NCBI GenBank assembly: GCA_017499595.2
Contig: CM039008.1
Span: forward strand, 1,922,001-1,986,000
From: Psilocybe cubensis
Lineage: Eukaryota
Reading direction: 5' to 3'
Length of the DNA stretch: 64,000 nucleotides
Position 1 is the first letter of the stretch; each line of letters starts with the position of its first letter. The notes under the pieces were generated by a model. That model saw nothing but the letters and a program-made list of their open reading frames with translations, ran no database searches and had not been told where the DNA came from. Position numbers and translations under genes: made by a program. Positions 37,401 through 45,808 of this stretch are shown one piece after another.

Positions 37401-38859
37401 ACTCGTCGCCTTCGCGAATGCGAATAAGATTGAAAGCATTCTTCAGGTCAATGACCGTGAAAAGCTTACAACCTTGGGTACAATCAAGCAAATCATCAAT
37501 ATGCGGGAGAGGATACCTATTCTTTTTTGTGATAGCATTGAGGCCTCGATAATCGACACAGAGGCGTAAATCTCCAGTCTTCTTCTTGACAAACAAAATC
37601 GGAGAAGCGGCGGGTGAAGTCAAGCGTCGAATAAAGCCTTTTTTCACCTGATCATCAATATACTCTGCTAAGGCTTTCTGCTCGTTCTGAGTGAGACGAT
37701 ACATAGGCCCAAACGGAAGATCCTTCCCCTCTTCGATCTCGATCGCACAATCGTACGAACGATGAGGTGGCAGGTTGTTGACTTCGGTGGGAGAGAAGAC
37801 CGAATTTGCCCACGGTATGTACTTGGTGGGAATATATTTTTCGAATTCGGAAGGTGACGGTACACTTGGAGGGTCGAGAATGTCGTCCAAAAGTGACTGT
37901 TCGGATGACATAGTGGCGGCTACATATGCAGGGGAGCCAGCCGGGTGGTAACGCAGCATTGCAAAAGGTGTATTCTTCGCACACTTGCGGAAACGATGAG
38001 AGTTAATGGTGGCCACATTGATTTTGCGACCGGGCAATGGGTTATTGAGGGTGGAGCGACCGTAGCCAGTCCAACGAGTGAGGAAATTGAGAAATGAAGG
38101 CGTAGACGAGGCGGAAGTTTGAAGTTGAAATTTGGGTTCTGAAGTTTGAACTGAAGGATCAATAGAACGAGACGAAAACATAGTACCGCGATGTAGACCG
38201 AAGCCTAAACCGGTAGTGGTAATTGAACACTCATGTAGAGCATTCCGAGGACGAGAAAGATGCTCGAGACCGAAGCCTCTTGCCGAAACGGTAACAGAAG
38301 TCATAGGAGTAAGATTACAACAAGAAAGAGTAAGATCCGGATTCATCCAATCCACATCAGGATTGTGACGCCGAAGCCAATCAAGTCCAAGAATTAAAGG
38401 AAACGCAACGGAAACAACACTAAGAGCAATACGCTCTTTATGTTTATCAACACACAATTCAGAAATAATATCCTGAGTAACGAGACCAGAAGCAATAGGA
38501 CGGTCGTCCACTGCAAGAATAGGAACCGGTATATCTTTTGTGCGACGCGGCAATGAGTGCCGTGCACTAAAGACGTCCGAAATACATGAAGCAGTAGCTC
38601 CAGAATCAATTAACGCATAAGTGTGAATCGGTTTACGATTCGGAAATCGAAGAATAACATTAATAAAAAAATGATGCGGAGAATCAGAATAATGAGAGGC
38701 AGCAAAAACATAACGCGGAGACGGATAACGAGAAAAAGTTGTCCACGACCCGTTATTGAGCCGGGCGTGAATGGGCTCCGAATCGGAAACATGATGAGTC
38801 CCAACATCTGCATCCGGTAGCCCTGGGACTGTTAAAGAGCTACCGGCTAGGCTTTTCCC
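34450..38859 (-). CDS. pol: Pol polyprotein (aspartic protease, reverse transcriptase, RNase H, integrase, chromodomain) in the -1 frame relative to gag
   Basis: The frame is open upstream of the listed ORF and includes ALIDSGAT (protease); YLDD (RT); TDASD..ELLAIV..DH (RNase H); HDCVLGGH..CDTC, MDFI..SDRG..TERTN (integrase); GPY; ILDCRKIGHRYEYLVRW..NSW (chromodomain). Confidence 0.95.
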   Translation of the reverse strand, partial: GKSLAGSSLTVPGLPDADVGTHHVSDSEPIHARLNNGSWTTFSRYPSPRYVFAASHYSDSPHHFFINVILRFPNRKPIHTYALIDSGATASCISDVFSARHSLPRRTKDIPVPILAVDDRPIASGLVTQDIISELCVDKHKERIALSVVSVAFPLILGLDWLRRHNPDVDWMNPDLTLSCCNLTPMTSVTVSARGFGLEHLSRPRNALHECSITTTGLGFGLHRGTMFSSRSIDPSVQTSEPKFQLQTSASSTPSFLNFLTRWTGYGRSTLNNPLPGRKINVATINSHRFRKCAKNTPFAMLRYHPAGSPAYVAATMSSEQSLLDDILDPPSVPSPSEFEKYIPTKYIPWANSVFSPTEVNNLPPHRSYDCAIEIEEGKDLPFGPMYRLTQNEQKALAEYIDDQVKKGFIRRLTSPAASPILFVKKKTGDLRLCVDYRGLNAITKKNRYPLPHIDDLLDCTQGCKLFTVIDLKNAFNLIRIREGDEWKTAFRTSLGLYEYLVMPFGLTNAPSVFQAFIQDTLRDFIGVFCVVYLDDILIFSRTQEEHDAHVKLVLDRLRDSHLFANAKKCEFDKTEVEYLGYIIGADGIKMNPKKLATIADWPVPHSVHDIQSFLGFTNFYRRFVDHYAEITLPLNRLTRKNVKFDFTDVERQAFEKLKRVFTSYPVLRHFNPAKPATLCTDASDFALSGVLQQPDEDGHLHPVAFHSRKFSPAEINYEVHDKELLAIVDSFRDMRPWLMGTAQPVVVRCDHRNLEYFMSSYLLNRRQARWSMFLSDFDFRLDWLPGAQNVADAPSRRPDFFPKKGDDVLMHQHQALLTHIHTERIFPSDATDYIASINAISILPSSAGLTTLNVDNSELLERFKSAFREDIEWREAVLRGDRDFVVHDNMVFHKGRVYVPKSLRQEIVYQRHDCVLGGHPGRALTMNKVMRDYSWPGVNTYIRRYVAACDTCGRIKAPRHKPYGILQPLDIPNRPWKSISMDFIVKLPKSHGYDSIFVVCDRLTRAAHFIPCVESTSAPDLAWIFVDRIFRYHGLPDSIVSDRGAQFISHFWKELMTRLDVDVRTSTAFHPRTDGLTERTNQTLETYLRAYCSYQQDDWVDYLPLAEFVFNNSENSSTKQTPFFANYAFHPTFEPKLSEDSSVPAAADLAQRLDQIHQELRAELQFSQEKQSKYFNQHVLPSPSYQPDQLVWLLRRNIRTTRPSLKLDHRRLGPYPVIREVGNQSYLLKLPSYLSRLHPVFHTSLLEPYSDPSEFHPHSDPEPFNLADPALSISHILDCRKIGHRYEYLVRWRDLPDSENSWIPLSDIPTTFNELIDKFHRRHPRSPRPHPIIIQQSFNDPETVLRTDNSLFNSQMAEEDPPARLPAAPSLAAAPAEEDLAPASSAAAHAPADEALATPAPISHSLSFDSSFQKRSLVDTVSTDIIHPIRPISPPIVRQNLRSNYVPAPTTTLRSGRVSKPPIRYTPA

Positions 38860-40010
38860 GAAGGATCAGCCTTGCCTTTACCCTTGTCCTTGTATTTTTT
38901 CTTTGCATACTCGGACATATTAGGGCAACGAGACGCTGGATGACCTCCTTTGCCACAGTAATAGCAAAGATGAAGATCTGTACGGCGCTTACGTTCAGCA
39001 TCCGTAATAGGACCACGATGCATAGCATCAACCTCCATAGGAACAACATCATTGTTCGAAGACGTCGACGCAACAGGAGCTGACGTAGCGGGTTGCGAAG
39101 AAACATAAGAACGTGAAGAATTTGCCAAACTTGCCTTGTCAAAAATCGACTTAGCGGGACCTGCACGTCGCTCGAGAACACAACGGTGCAGCTTGTTGTC
39201 AATGGAAATGACCATCTTGACATAATCGTCAAAGACGGTTGGGGCATCATTGACAGTGGTAATTGTAATCGCATCCTTGACCGTGTCCTTAAGACCGTCG
39301 TAGAACATTTGAATGGTAGTTTGATCTGTCAGATCTAACTCCCAAACGAGTTCACGGAAACGCGATGCATAAGTAGCAGCGGATCCGTCTTGCTTCAGCT
39401 TTCGCAACTGTGCAAGAGCTGTCGCATAGCGATCACTGTCTTCGAAGTGCTTTTTAAAAGCCTTCAGAAAAGCATCATAGCTCTCAAAGAGCTCGGGGTG
39501 ATACTTTTCCATTGACGTATACCATGCACTCGGTGATCCATCCTCGAGATAGAAACCTAAGTACAGGCATTTGTCTCGATCGGATTCAAAAGCAGCACGT
39601 TGTAAATGAAGAGCATTATTGATTTCACGTACGAAAGAGTCGACGTGTTGAGCACGTCCGTCAAACTTCTTAGGCTCTCGAACACGGATTGTTGCAGACG
39701 GTTTCGAAGAGCCTGACGACGAAGTCGTCGCAGCGCGATTCACGTTCAGTTGTTCGGCAATGAGTTTGAAAGCCTGATGGCTTTCGTTGGCTTCGTGGCT
39801 TTGACGGTTGGCGATGTGTTCGAGATTTTGACCAAGACTGAAAATGGCGCGCCAGAGAAAAGTGCGCTCATCTTCGGGTGTCGGGTTGCCAGTAGGACCA
39901 GGATTATCGACGTAAGGCACCTGACCAGGCTGCTGTTGAGCATTAGCAGCACTGGCAGTGAACTCGGGGAGGATTTCGAAGGAATTGTTGAAAGCGGGAT
40001 TGTGAGACAT
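38847..40010 (-). CDS. gag: Gag (capsid + CCHC zinc knuckle)
   Basis: EPKKFDG, LRKLKQDGSAATYASRFREL, FYDGLK, PMEVDA, CYYCGKGGHPASRC. Confidence 0.95.
   Translation of the reverse strand: MSHNPAFNNSFEILPEFTASAANAQQQPGQVPYVDNPGPTGNPTPEDERTFLWRAIFSLGQNLEHIANRQSHEANESHQAFKLIAEQLNVNRAATTSSSGSSKPSATIRVREPKKFDGRAQHVDSFVREINNALHLQRAAFESDRDKCLYLGFYLEDGSPSAWYTSMEKYHPELFESYDAFLKAFKKHFEDSDRYATALAQLRKLKQDGSAATYASRFRELVWELDLTDQTTIQMFYDGLKDTVKDAITITTVNDAPTVFDDYVKMVISIDNKLHRCVLERRAGPAKSIFDKASLANSSRSYVSSQPATSAPVASTSSNNDVVPMEVDAMHRGPITDAERKRRTDLHLCYYCGKGGHPASRCPNMSEYAKKKYKDKGKGKADPSGKA
38853..38859 (-). other. Putative -1 ribosomal frameshift heptamer G GGA AAA
   Basis: X XXY YYZ pattern in the gag frame two codons before the gag TAG; a -1 slip enters the open pol frame. 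Confidence 0.75.
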
Positions 40011-40103
40011 TGTTGATGTGGCAAATAACCGGGCCGCGAACGACCGGAAGATAACGAAGGTTGATAAACAAGGATAAGATAAGAACTAGAAGAGATTTAT
40101 GTG

Positions 40104-40113
40104 GTCGAAACAA
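40104..40113 (-). other. Self-priming primer-binding site (Tf1-like), complementary to LTR sequence 40177-40186
   Basis: Sense strand reads TTGTTTCGAC 2 nt after the 5' LTR, the exact reverse complement of GTCGAAACAA inside the LTR; there is no TGG tRNA-type PBS. Confidence 0.75.
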
Positions 40114-40115
40114 AC

Positions 40116-40270
40116 TGTTACGGTCAAGAACACAGAGAACGAACAACGAGGATTTTCGATGAGCAAACGATGCGCGTTGTTTCGACAAAGGAACCCAAGA
40201 CCTATGCTACAAGGAATAAAGCTAGGAATGAAACAAGGCACGTGCTACGGTACGGTACGTGATCATAACA
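40116..40270 (-). repeat. 5' LTR (155 bp as read; the true terminal CA is displaced to 40617-40618 by the MITE)
   Basis: Matches 34283-34437 except AAGAAC vs AAGGAC. Confidence 0.93.
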
Positions 40271-40613
40271 CGCCGGACAAAAATGCTGACCAGTTAGCCT
40301 GGGTGTTGTCCTGACCAGTGATGTGACTAGTACCGTGACCAATTACATACTGTCACACATATGTTGTCACGCTAAGTCATTATTAGTAGGCTCAACAGTA
40401 AATAGCATATTACTTGATTTTTAATATTTCGTCTTACTCCGCACTGAGTTCCAACGCAAGACAATCAAGTAATTTGCCATTTACTGTCGAGCCTACTAAT
40501 AATGAATTAGCGTGACAGCATATGTGTGACACTATGTAATTGGTCACGGTACTAGTCACGTCACTGGTCAGGACAACACCCAGGCTAACTGGTCAGCATT
40601 TTTGTCCGGCGTG
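40269..40613. mobile_element. 345-bp foldback MITE with 151-bp inverted arms and TAA target duplication
   Basis: CACGCCGGACAAAAATGCTG... (40269-40419) vs reverse complement of 40463-40613, 7 mismatches counted by eye; 43-nt spacer; TAA at 40266-40268 and 40614-40616. Confidence 0.92.
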
Positions 40614-41149
40614 TAACAGTAGGCCCGATACTGGTGCTTGTGGGTTAAAAATTAAAAAAGAAAATAAAAAAAGAAAATACAAAAAAGGAAAGAGAAGGAG
40701 GGAAGGGAGGGAACGAATTCACCCTTCATTTCATACTACTAACATCGTTACTACACTGTTAGTATCTAACATATCAGTGGTTCGCATTGCTTCACGATTA
40801 GCCGGCTTGGTTCAACTCGGCTAAACTCTTGATTCTCGCTTAGATGAACAAAAATACACGAAAAATAAATCAAACATGGTAAGAGCCCCGAATACATTTC
40901 ATGGAATCTGATGCTCGCTTACGATTTGACCTCGCATAGATAGCACTGTGCAACGGTTAGATGAAGGTGCGCACATCTCCGACGCCAAGGCAAAGGACTT
41001 AGCTGGAAACTGCAACAATTCACAGCAGGGCACCAACAACGCCCACCCGCCGTTCCCGCCGTGATTCCCCAACCCACACCAGCAACAACACCCAGAAAAT
41101 CGAATTGAATACGCGTTGCCGACGCATCCACCATCCCCATGCTCATCAG

Positions 41150-42060
41150 CCGCGTCCCCCATCCATTCCCAGGCTCGTCAAAACTAAACACCGCGCTTCC
41201 CACTTCGAAGACGACGCGCTCGCGTCACGTTGGGGCTCTTGACGACTTGAACGTGCTTTGCCGACGCGTTCACCACCCATTCCCGTCCTCGTCAAGGCTA
41301 TCCACCGCGCTTCGTGCCTCGAAAACGATGTGCTCGGATGATGTTGAGGGTTCTTGGCAAGGTTAGTGTCACTGACAGCCTCCATATGATGCTGTACTCA
41401 CCATACCACACTCATACACACCCAGCAAGTCGTATCGAACACGTTTCAATGCCTCTCTACACCCCGCCTCCCAAACTGGCCGTGCTCATCTTACAAAACA
41501 TCGTCGCTGTGCTTCCCGCTACGAAAACGCCATGCCGGTGAGATTTCTTCTCAAGGTGAGTGACCCCGACAACCTCTTTAAATTTTAGTGCCATACTCAC
41601 CAACATAACCAGCTCGTTCATGGCCAGCTAGGCACGATGAGCCTGAACACGCTGCGACAACGCGTCCTCTATCCCTTCCCGCAGATCCGCGTGTGGGGCT
41701 GTTGTCAAGGTTAGGGTCGTTGACAGCCTCTATCTCACCATACCCAACTCGTACGTCTCTGCACATGTACGTGTGTTCCACGTAGTGACGTGCTCGTCTC
41801 GCAGATGAACTCGTCGCTGCGCTTCCCGATTCAAAAACACCACGATTTCTTCTCAAGGTTAGTGACCCCATCGAAGTCTTTTTACTGGCACGCTGTGTTG
41901 ATGCGTCCAAGTCTTCTATCCATCCCTGCACATCCAATTGTGTCCGCCACGAAATTAACACCCATGAAGTCACATCCTTGAACAAAGCATTCCTGCACTT
42001 TCGCATGGTGTGTCCCTTGAAAACGATGCGCGTCAAGGTTAGTGATGGTGTTGACCACAT
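41150..42060. repeat. Degenerate tandem repeat array (~115 bp and ~310-350 bp periodicities)
   Basis: Recurring CAAGGTTAG, GATTTCTTCTCAAGGT(G/T)AGTGACCCC (~41543, ~41845), TGACAGCCTC..CTCACCATACC (~41373, ~41722) and CCATTCCC..CTCGTCAA..CACCGCGCTTC (~41163, ~41277). Confidence 0.65.
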
Positions 42061-42493
42061 TTGAAGAATGCTCACCAAGAAAAACACGGACCCTCGCATC
42101 CAGACCCACTGACCGCATCATTCTCACGTTGACGGCCGGTGTGGTAAGTGCCGTCTCACACGAAAAGTGATTCTGGACACTTGGGCATGCTGATGCGTAA
42201 AACGCGCTCCTTGGGATGGGCAGATTGATGTTTGTGGTGTTCATGAGGGACACATAGCCTGCTGTGCAGGTGAGGGGTTGAGGGTGCTAATTGGGCGAAA
42301 AGGGAAGGATGATCGAAGACGCGGTAGCTAGAGGATCAACTCTGGTAATGTTTGAGGGTTTCTGAAACTTGTTCTAGATTACGGACAAATAATAAGGAGT
42401 ACAGTAAGTGATTTATTAATTTTATAGCAAGTTGTAGTACTAATTTCAATGGTTTCTACTATTACATGAATGAAATCCAGATGTCATGAGCAT

Positions 42494-45400
42494 TTAGGTC
42501 AGTTTAGGCCATCGCTCCTCGGGAACATCTACCCATCCCACATAACAAGGCTTGTCAGGTCGCTTGGTGTACCGACCTTTGCATTTGACATTTCCACAAT
42601 CACGACAACGGTTGTGGCAATGCTTGACCCGTTGGCGACCCGAACATTGTGTGGAGCCGCATTTTGCACAGGTACGAGGCCGTTTTCCCTTATCTAAAGC
42701 GTGCGATCGTTGAATCTGTTCACGCACACGTTTCTCAGACAGTGCTTCGCGATTTACACGATTGTGTACTGCAAGATTTGTCGCGGTAGTAAAGGTTTTT
42801 CGAGTTGTTGAGTGGGGCAGCAAAAGGTCGGAATTTGCACTTTGCAACGGTGTCTGTTGGTCATCGTGTACAGGTGTGTCTTTGTTGTTACCATGCACCT
42901 CTGAACGATTTGTATTAAAGGTTCCAACAGAAACGGACGTTGGAAGAAGTCCGTCATCGACACTCAGTGGTTTCAGAGTTTTCTCTGGTACACGGGGTGC
43001 CGTTACTGAGCGAGATGGGTTGCTAAGGATTGCTGCCAATGGTTTCCGAATGTCATATGTTGTAAAAAGAGACTCTTTAACATTGAGGTTTGTTTTCCAA
43101 TGTGCATAGTACGATTTTAATTGTTCAATTAACTGCAGTAAATGAATATTAGGATACTAGTCATGTTTAAGCTATTTTGTGCTTACCTTGTATGATATCT
43201 CTGAATTGATATCAGCGTAGTGATTCCAGACCTTCACGGCCTTTTTCCAGATTGGGCCGGATGTCAGAGAGTTGTAGTCGGGATTGGCTTGCATAAGATC
43301 TCGGAAAAGCTGCTTTTCAATGTCGTTATGAATCGGAAGAATGGGCTTTCGTGTGTGTTGCATTTGAGCTAGAAAAGCATGACGTTGCTTTTTGTCAATG
43401 CTAGGAATAAATTCAGACATCCCAGTTGCAATGCGAATGCTGGTTGGAATCGGAAGAATGCCTAACGTTTCGGTGGTAGGAATGTATAGGTTTCCGTTAA
43501 CCCATCCAGTAATTTCCACGGGATTTATTAGAACATCGTGAAGAAATGACAATCGCTCCTGAATGCTGTTGGTTAACCAGATTGAGAAATGGCTGCGATA
43601 CTTTTGTCCAGTGCTATTGAATGTTCCAACCTAACAAAACAGTTTAATATGATAGAGTAAGTAACAGTAGATATGGTCTTTCTTACCACAAGGTTGTGGT
43701 GCAGAGTGAAATCAGCAAGGCATGAGTAAACATGTTGCACTGATGCACCCGACGATGGAAGATGTGATCTAAGATGAGTATGTACTCCACCCTCTGTCAT
43801 GTTTGTTCCACGAAAACATCGATAGATAGTGAGACTTGGTGCTGCACTATCAATCCCTATTGCCGCATAGAGAGGAATTCCGGGTGGATCAGATATAAAA
43901 CCGCGTCGTGTCAAATCAAGAATATGGCCCGAGGTCTTCCAATCATTAAAGTTAAACAAAGGAGCACCTGTTGTAGCATCTTTGAGGGGGCCAAAAGTTT
44001 CAAAAACCTTCTTTAGCAATCCATGCAGTATGTCAGCTGGTGGAATGATTCGTTTACATCGTTTCCATAACCAGCGTGGACGAAGCTTTTGGATTTGCTC
44101 AAAAGTCAATGGTGGTGTTTGCATTGCGCCCCATGCACTAATTTTGGCACGGTCTTCACCGTCAGGAATAAATATTGCATCCCGAAGCTGTCGGGCAAAC
44201 TCTGCACGTAAACCATGTGTTGAGGAGATATGAAACATGTTGAAAACATGGAAAACGTCTTTGAGGACCCGGCTCCGAATTGTACTGTCCCAGGTATTTG
44301 GATACTGGTCCAGTACTTGTTGGCCTAACGATGCACTTTCTGGGTCAATATTGCGAGGATGGTCTGTGGTTATAGGAGGTGCACTAGTAGGCCGATGATT
44401 TTCAACAACAAGATTTCCGATTGAAGGAATTGAATCATCATCAAAAGTTGCATCAAGTGAGAGGTCGTTATCATCCAACTCTGCCAAGCTGGCAGTCAAT
44501 AGATCCTGATTGGATGACTGATCTAGAGACATAGGGCTTGTTTGAGCTCTAGAAGACGAGTCCGACTGACTTGAATGATGTGTCCAAAATGTTGGCGAAA
44601 AGGTCTTTAAATGACTTCGTAAACAGACAAGAGTAAATGGTGGTGTCCCAAATGATGCAAGTGAACAGTTCCGATGACTGCTGATTAGTGCACCAGGGAC
44701 AAATACTTCTTCAATGTCGACAGCAGTTCTTGTAGTAGTAATATTGATGCCATCGAGTTGCCTATCATCTTTGTGGGATGAAATTTTTCCTCGAGCAATC
44801 ACAGATGCCTTGTCGGTGTTGAATAAGAGAACAGGAATGCCTGCATTAAATTGAGAAGGAAGAACTTGCGGTGTTTCAAGAGTCGAAAGTTTGTTGTAAA
44901 TGCATATACAAGCATATGCATCACAGGCTGCATAGGCGAGTTGATCGCGAGTAAGGATTTCATTTTCCCAAGCACTGCTAATGCGCTCGGGAACGTTTTT
45001 GTTTAATCGTTTTCCCAAAACCAATGCACATAGATCAGCCAAACTGCATCGTGCGGAAGATATTACCATTTTGTCTTTTGCATATTTGGCAAGGTCAAGA
45101 GCGCCAACAAAAGGTTTGGGTGACTGGGAAGCAGTTTGAAGATGCTTTAAATCGGCTTCAACAAGCCGTCCAGCTTTCACAATATTTGGATTTTCCAATA
45201 AAATCCTAAGCTGACTTGGAAGTGTACCGCCTGCTAACATATCACCAATCTAATCAGAATTTTATTAGTTTACATTTAATCATTGGTTTAAGTAGCTTAT
45301 ACATTACCTGAAGAATGTATATGGATGATTTATATGCTATTTGAATAATAGCTGTTTGTCCTCGATGCAGAATATGGCCATTAGATGATACTTCAACATT

Positions 45401-45708
45401 CCACTCGGAATCAAACCCTATCACGATTTTTTTGTCAGGATGACTTGGATCAAGATCATCAAGAATAGAGGCCATGGCAGCGTCTATGGCAGACGCTGTG
45501 CTTTTTACAAAAATAGCAATAGGCGGTGTCGGTACGGCAAGTGGTTCAAGATCTGGATACTTTTCAACTGGTACCACAGACTCTCGAAGAGACGGCCAGG
45601 CATCTTCAAGGAATGCCTTGTCACTGGCAACGTTATCTGTAAATGCAAGCTTGGGTTCGGAATGACCATACATCTTGAGTGAGTGAAGCATTTGCTTGAG
45701 TGCGAGCT
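42494..45708 (-). CDS. Transposase-like protein with embedded WRN-type DEDDy 3'-5' exonuclease and C-terminal Cys cluster; 5' part lost in the assembly gap
   Basis: The spliced frame (3 introns) is open from the gap to 42494: AFTDN; exonuclease IGFDSEW, ADL, YAACDA; RVLKDVFH; YRCFRGTNMTEGGVH; CAKC..C..CHNRCRDC..C..C. Confidence 0.75.
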
Positions 45709-45808
45709 NNNNNNNNNNNNNNNNNNNNNNNNNNNNNNNNNNNNNNNNNNNNNNNNNNNNNNNNNNNNNNNNNNNNNNNNNNNNNNNNNNNNNNNNNNNN
45801 NNNNNNNN
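45709..45808. other. Assembly gap (100 N)
   Basis: Run of exactly 100 N, a typical unknown-size placeholder. Confidence 0.99.

Larger units (their letters stand above)
34283..40618 (-). mobile_element. Full-length Ty3/gypsy chromovirus LTR retrotransposon
   Basis: Paired 155-bp TG...CA LTRs with 1 mismatch; gag; PR-RT-RH-IN-chromo pol; PPT; TSD GTAGA (34278-34282) / GTAGG (40619-40623) once the MITE is removed. Confidence 0.96.

Noticed and set aside
40095-40115. Conventional tRNA primer-binding site
   Set aside because: No TGG start after the LTR; a perfect complement lies within the LTR instead.
34278-40275. Apparent lack of a TSD for the retrotransposon (GTAGA vs CGCCG), suggesting recombination or mis-assembly
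   Set aside because: Explained by the MITE insertion; the real right flank is GTAGG at 40619-40623.
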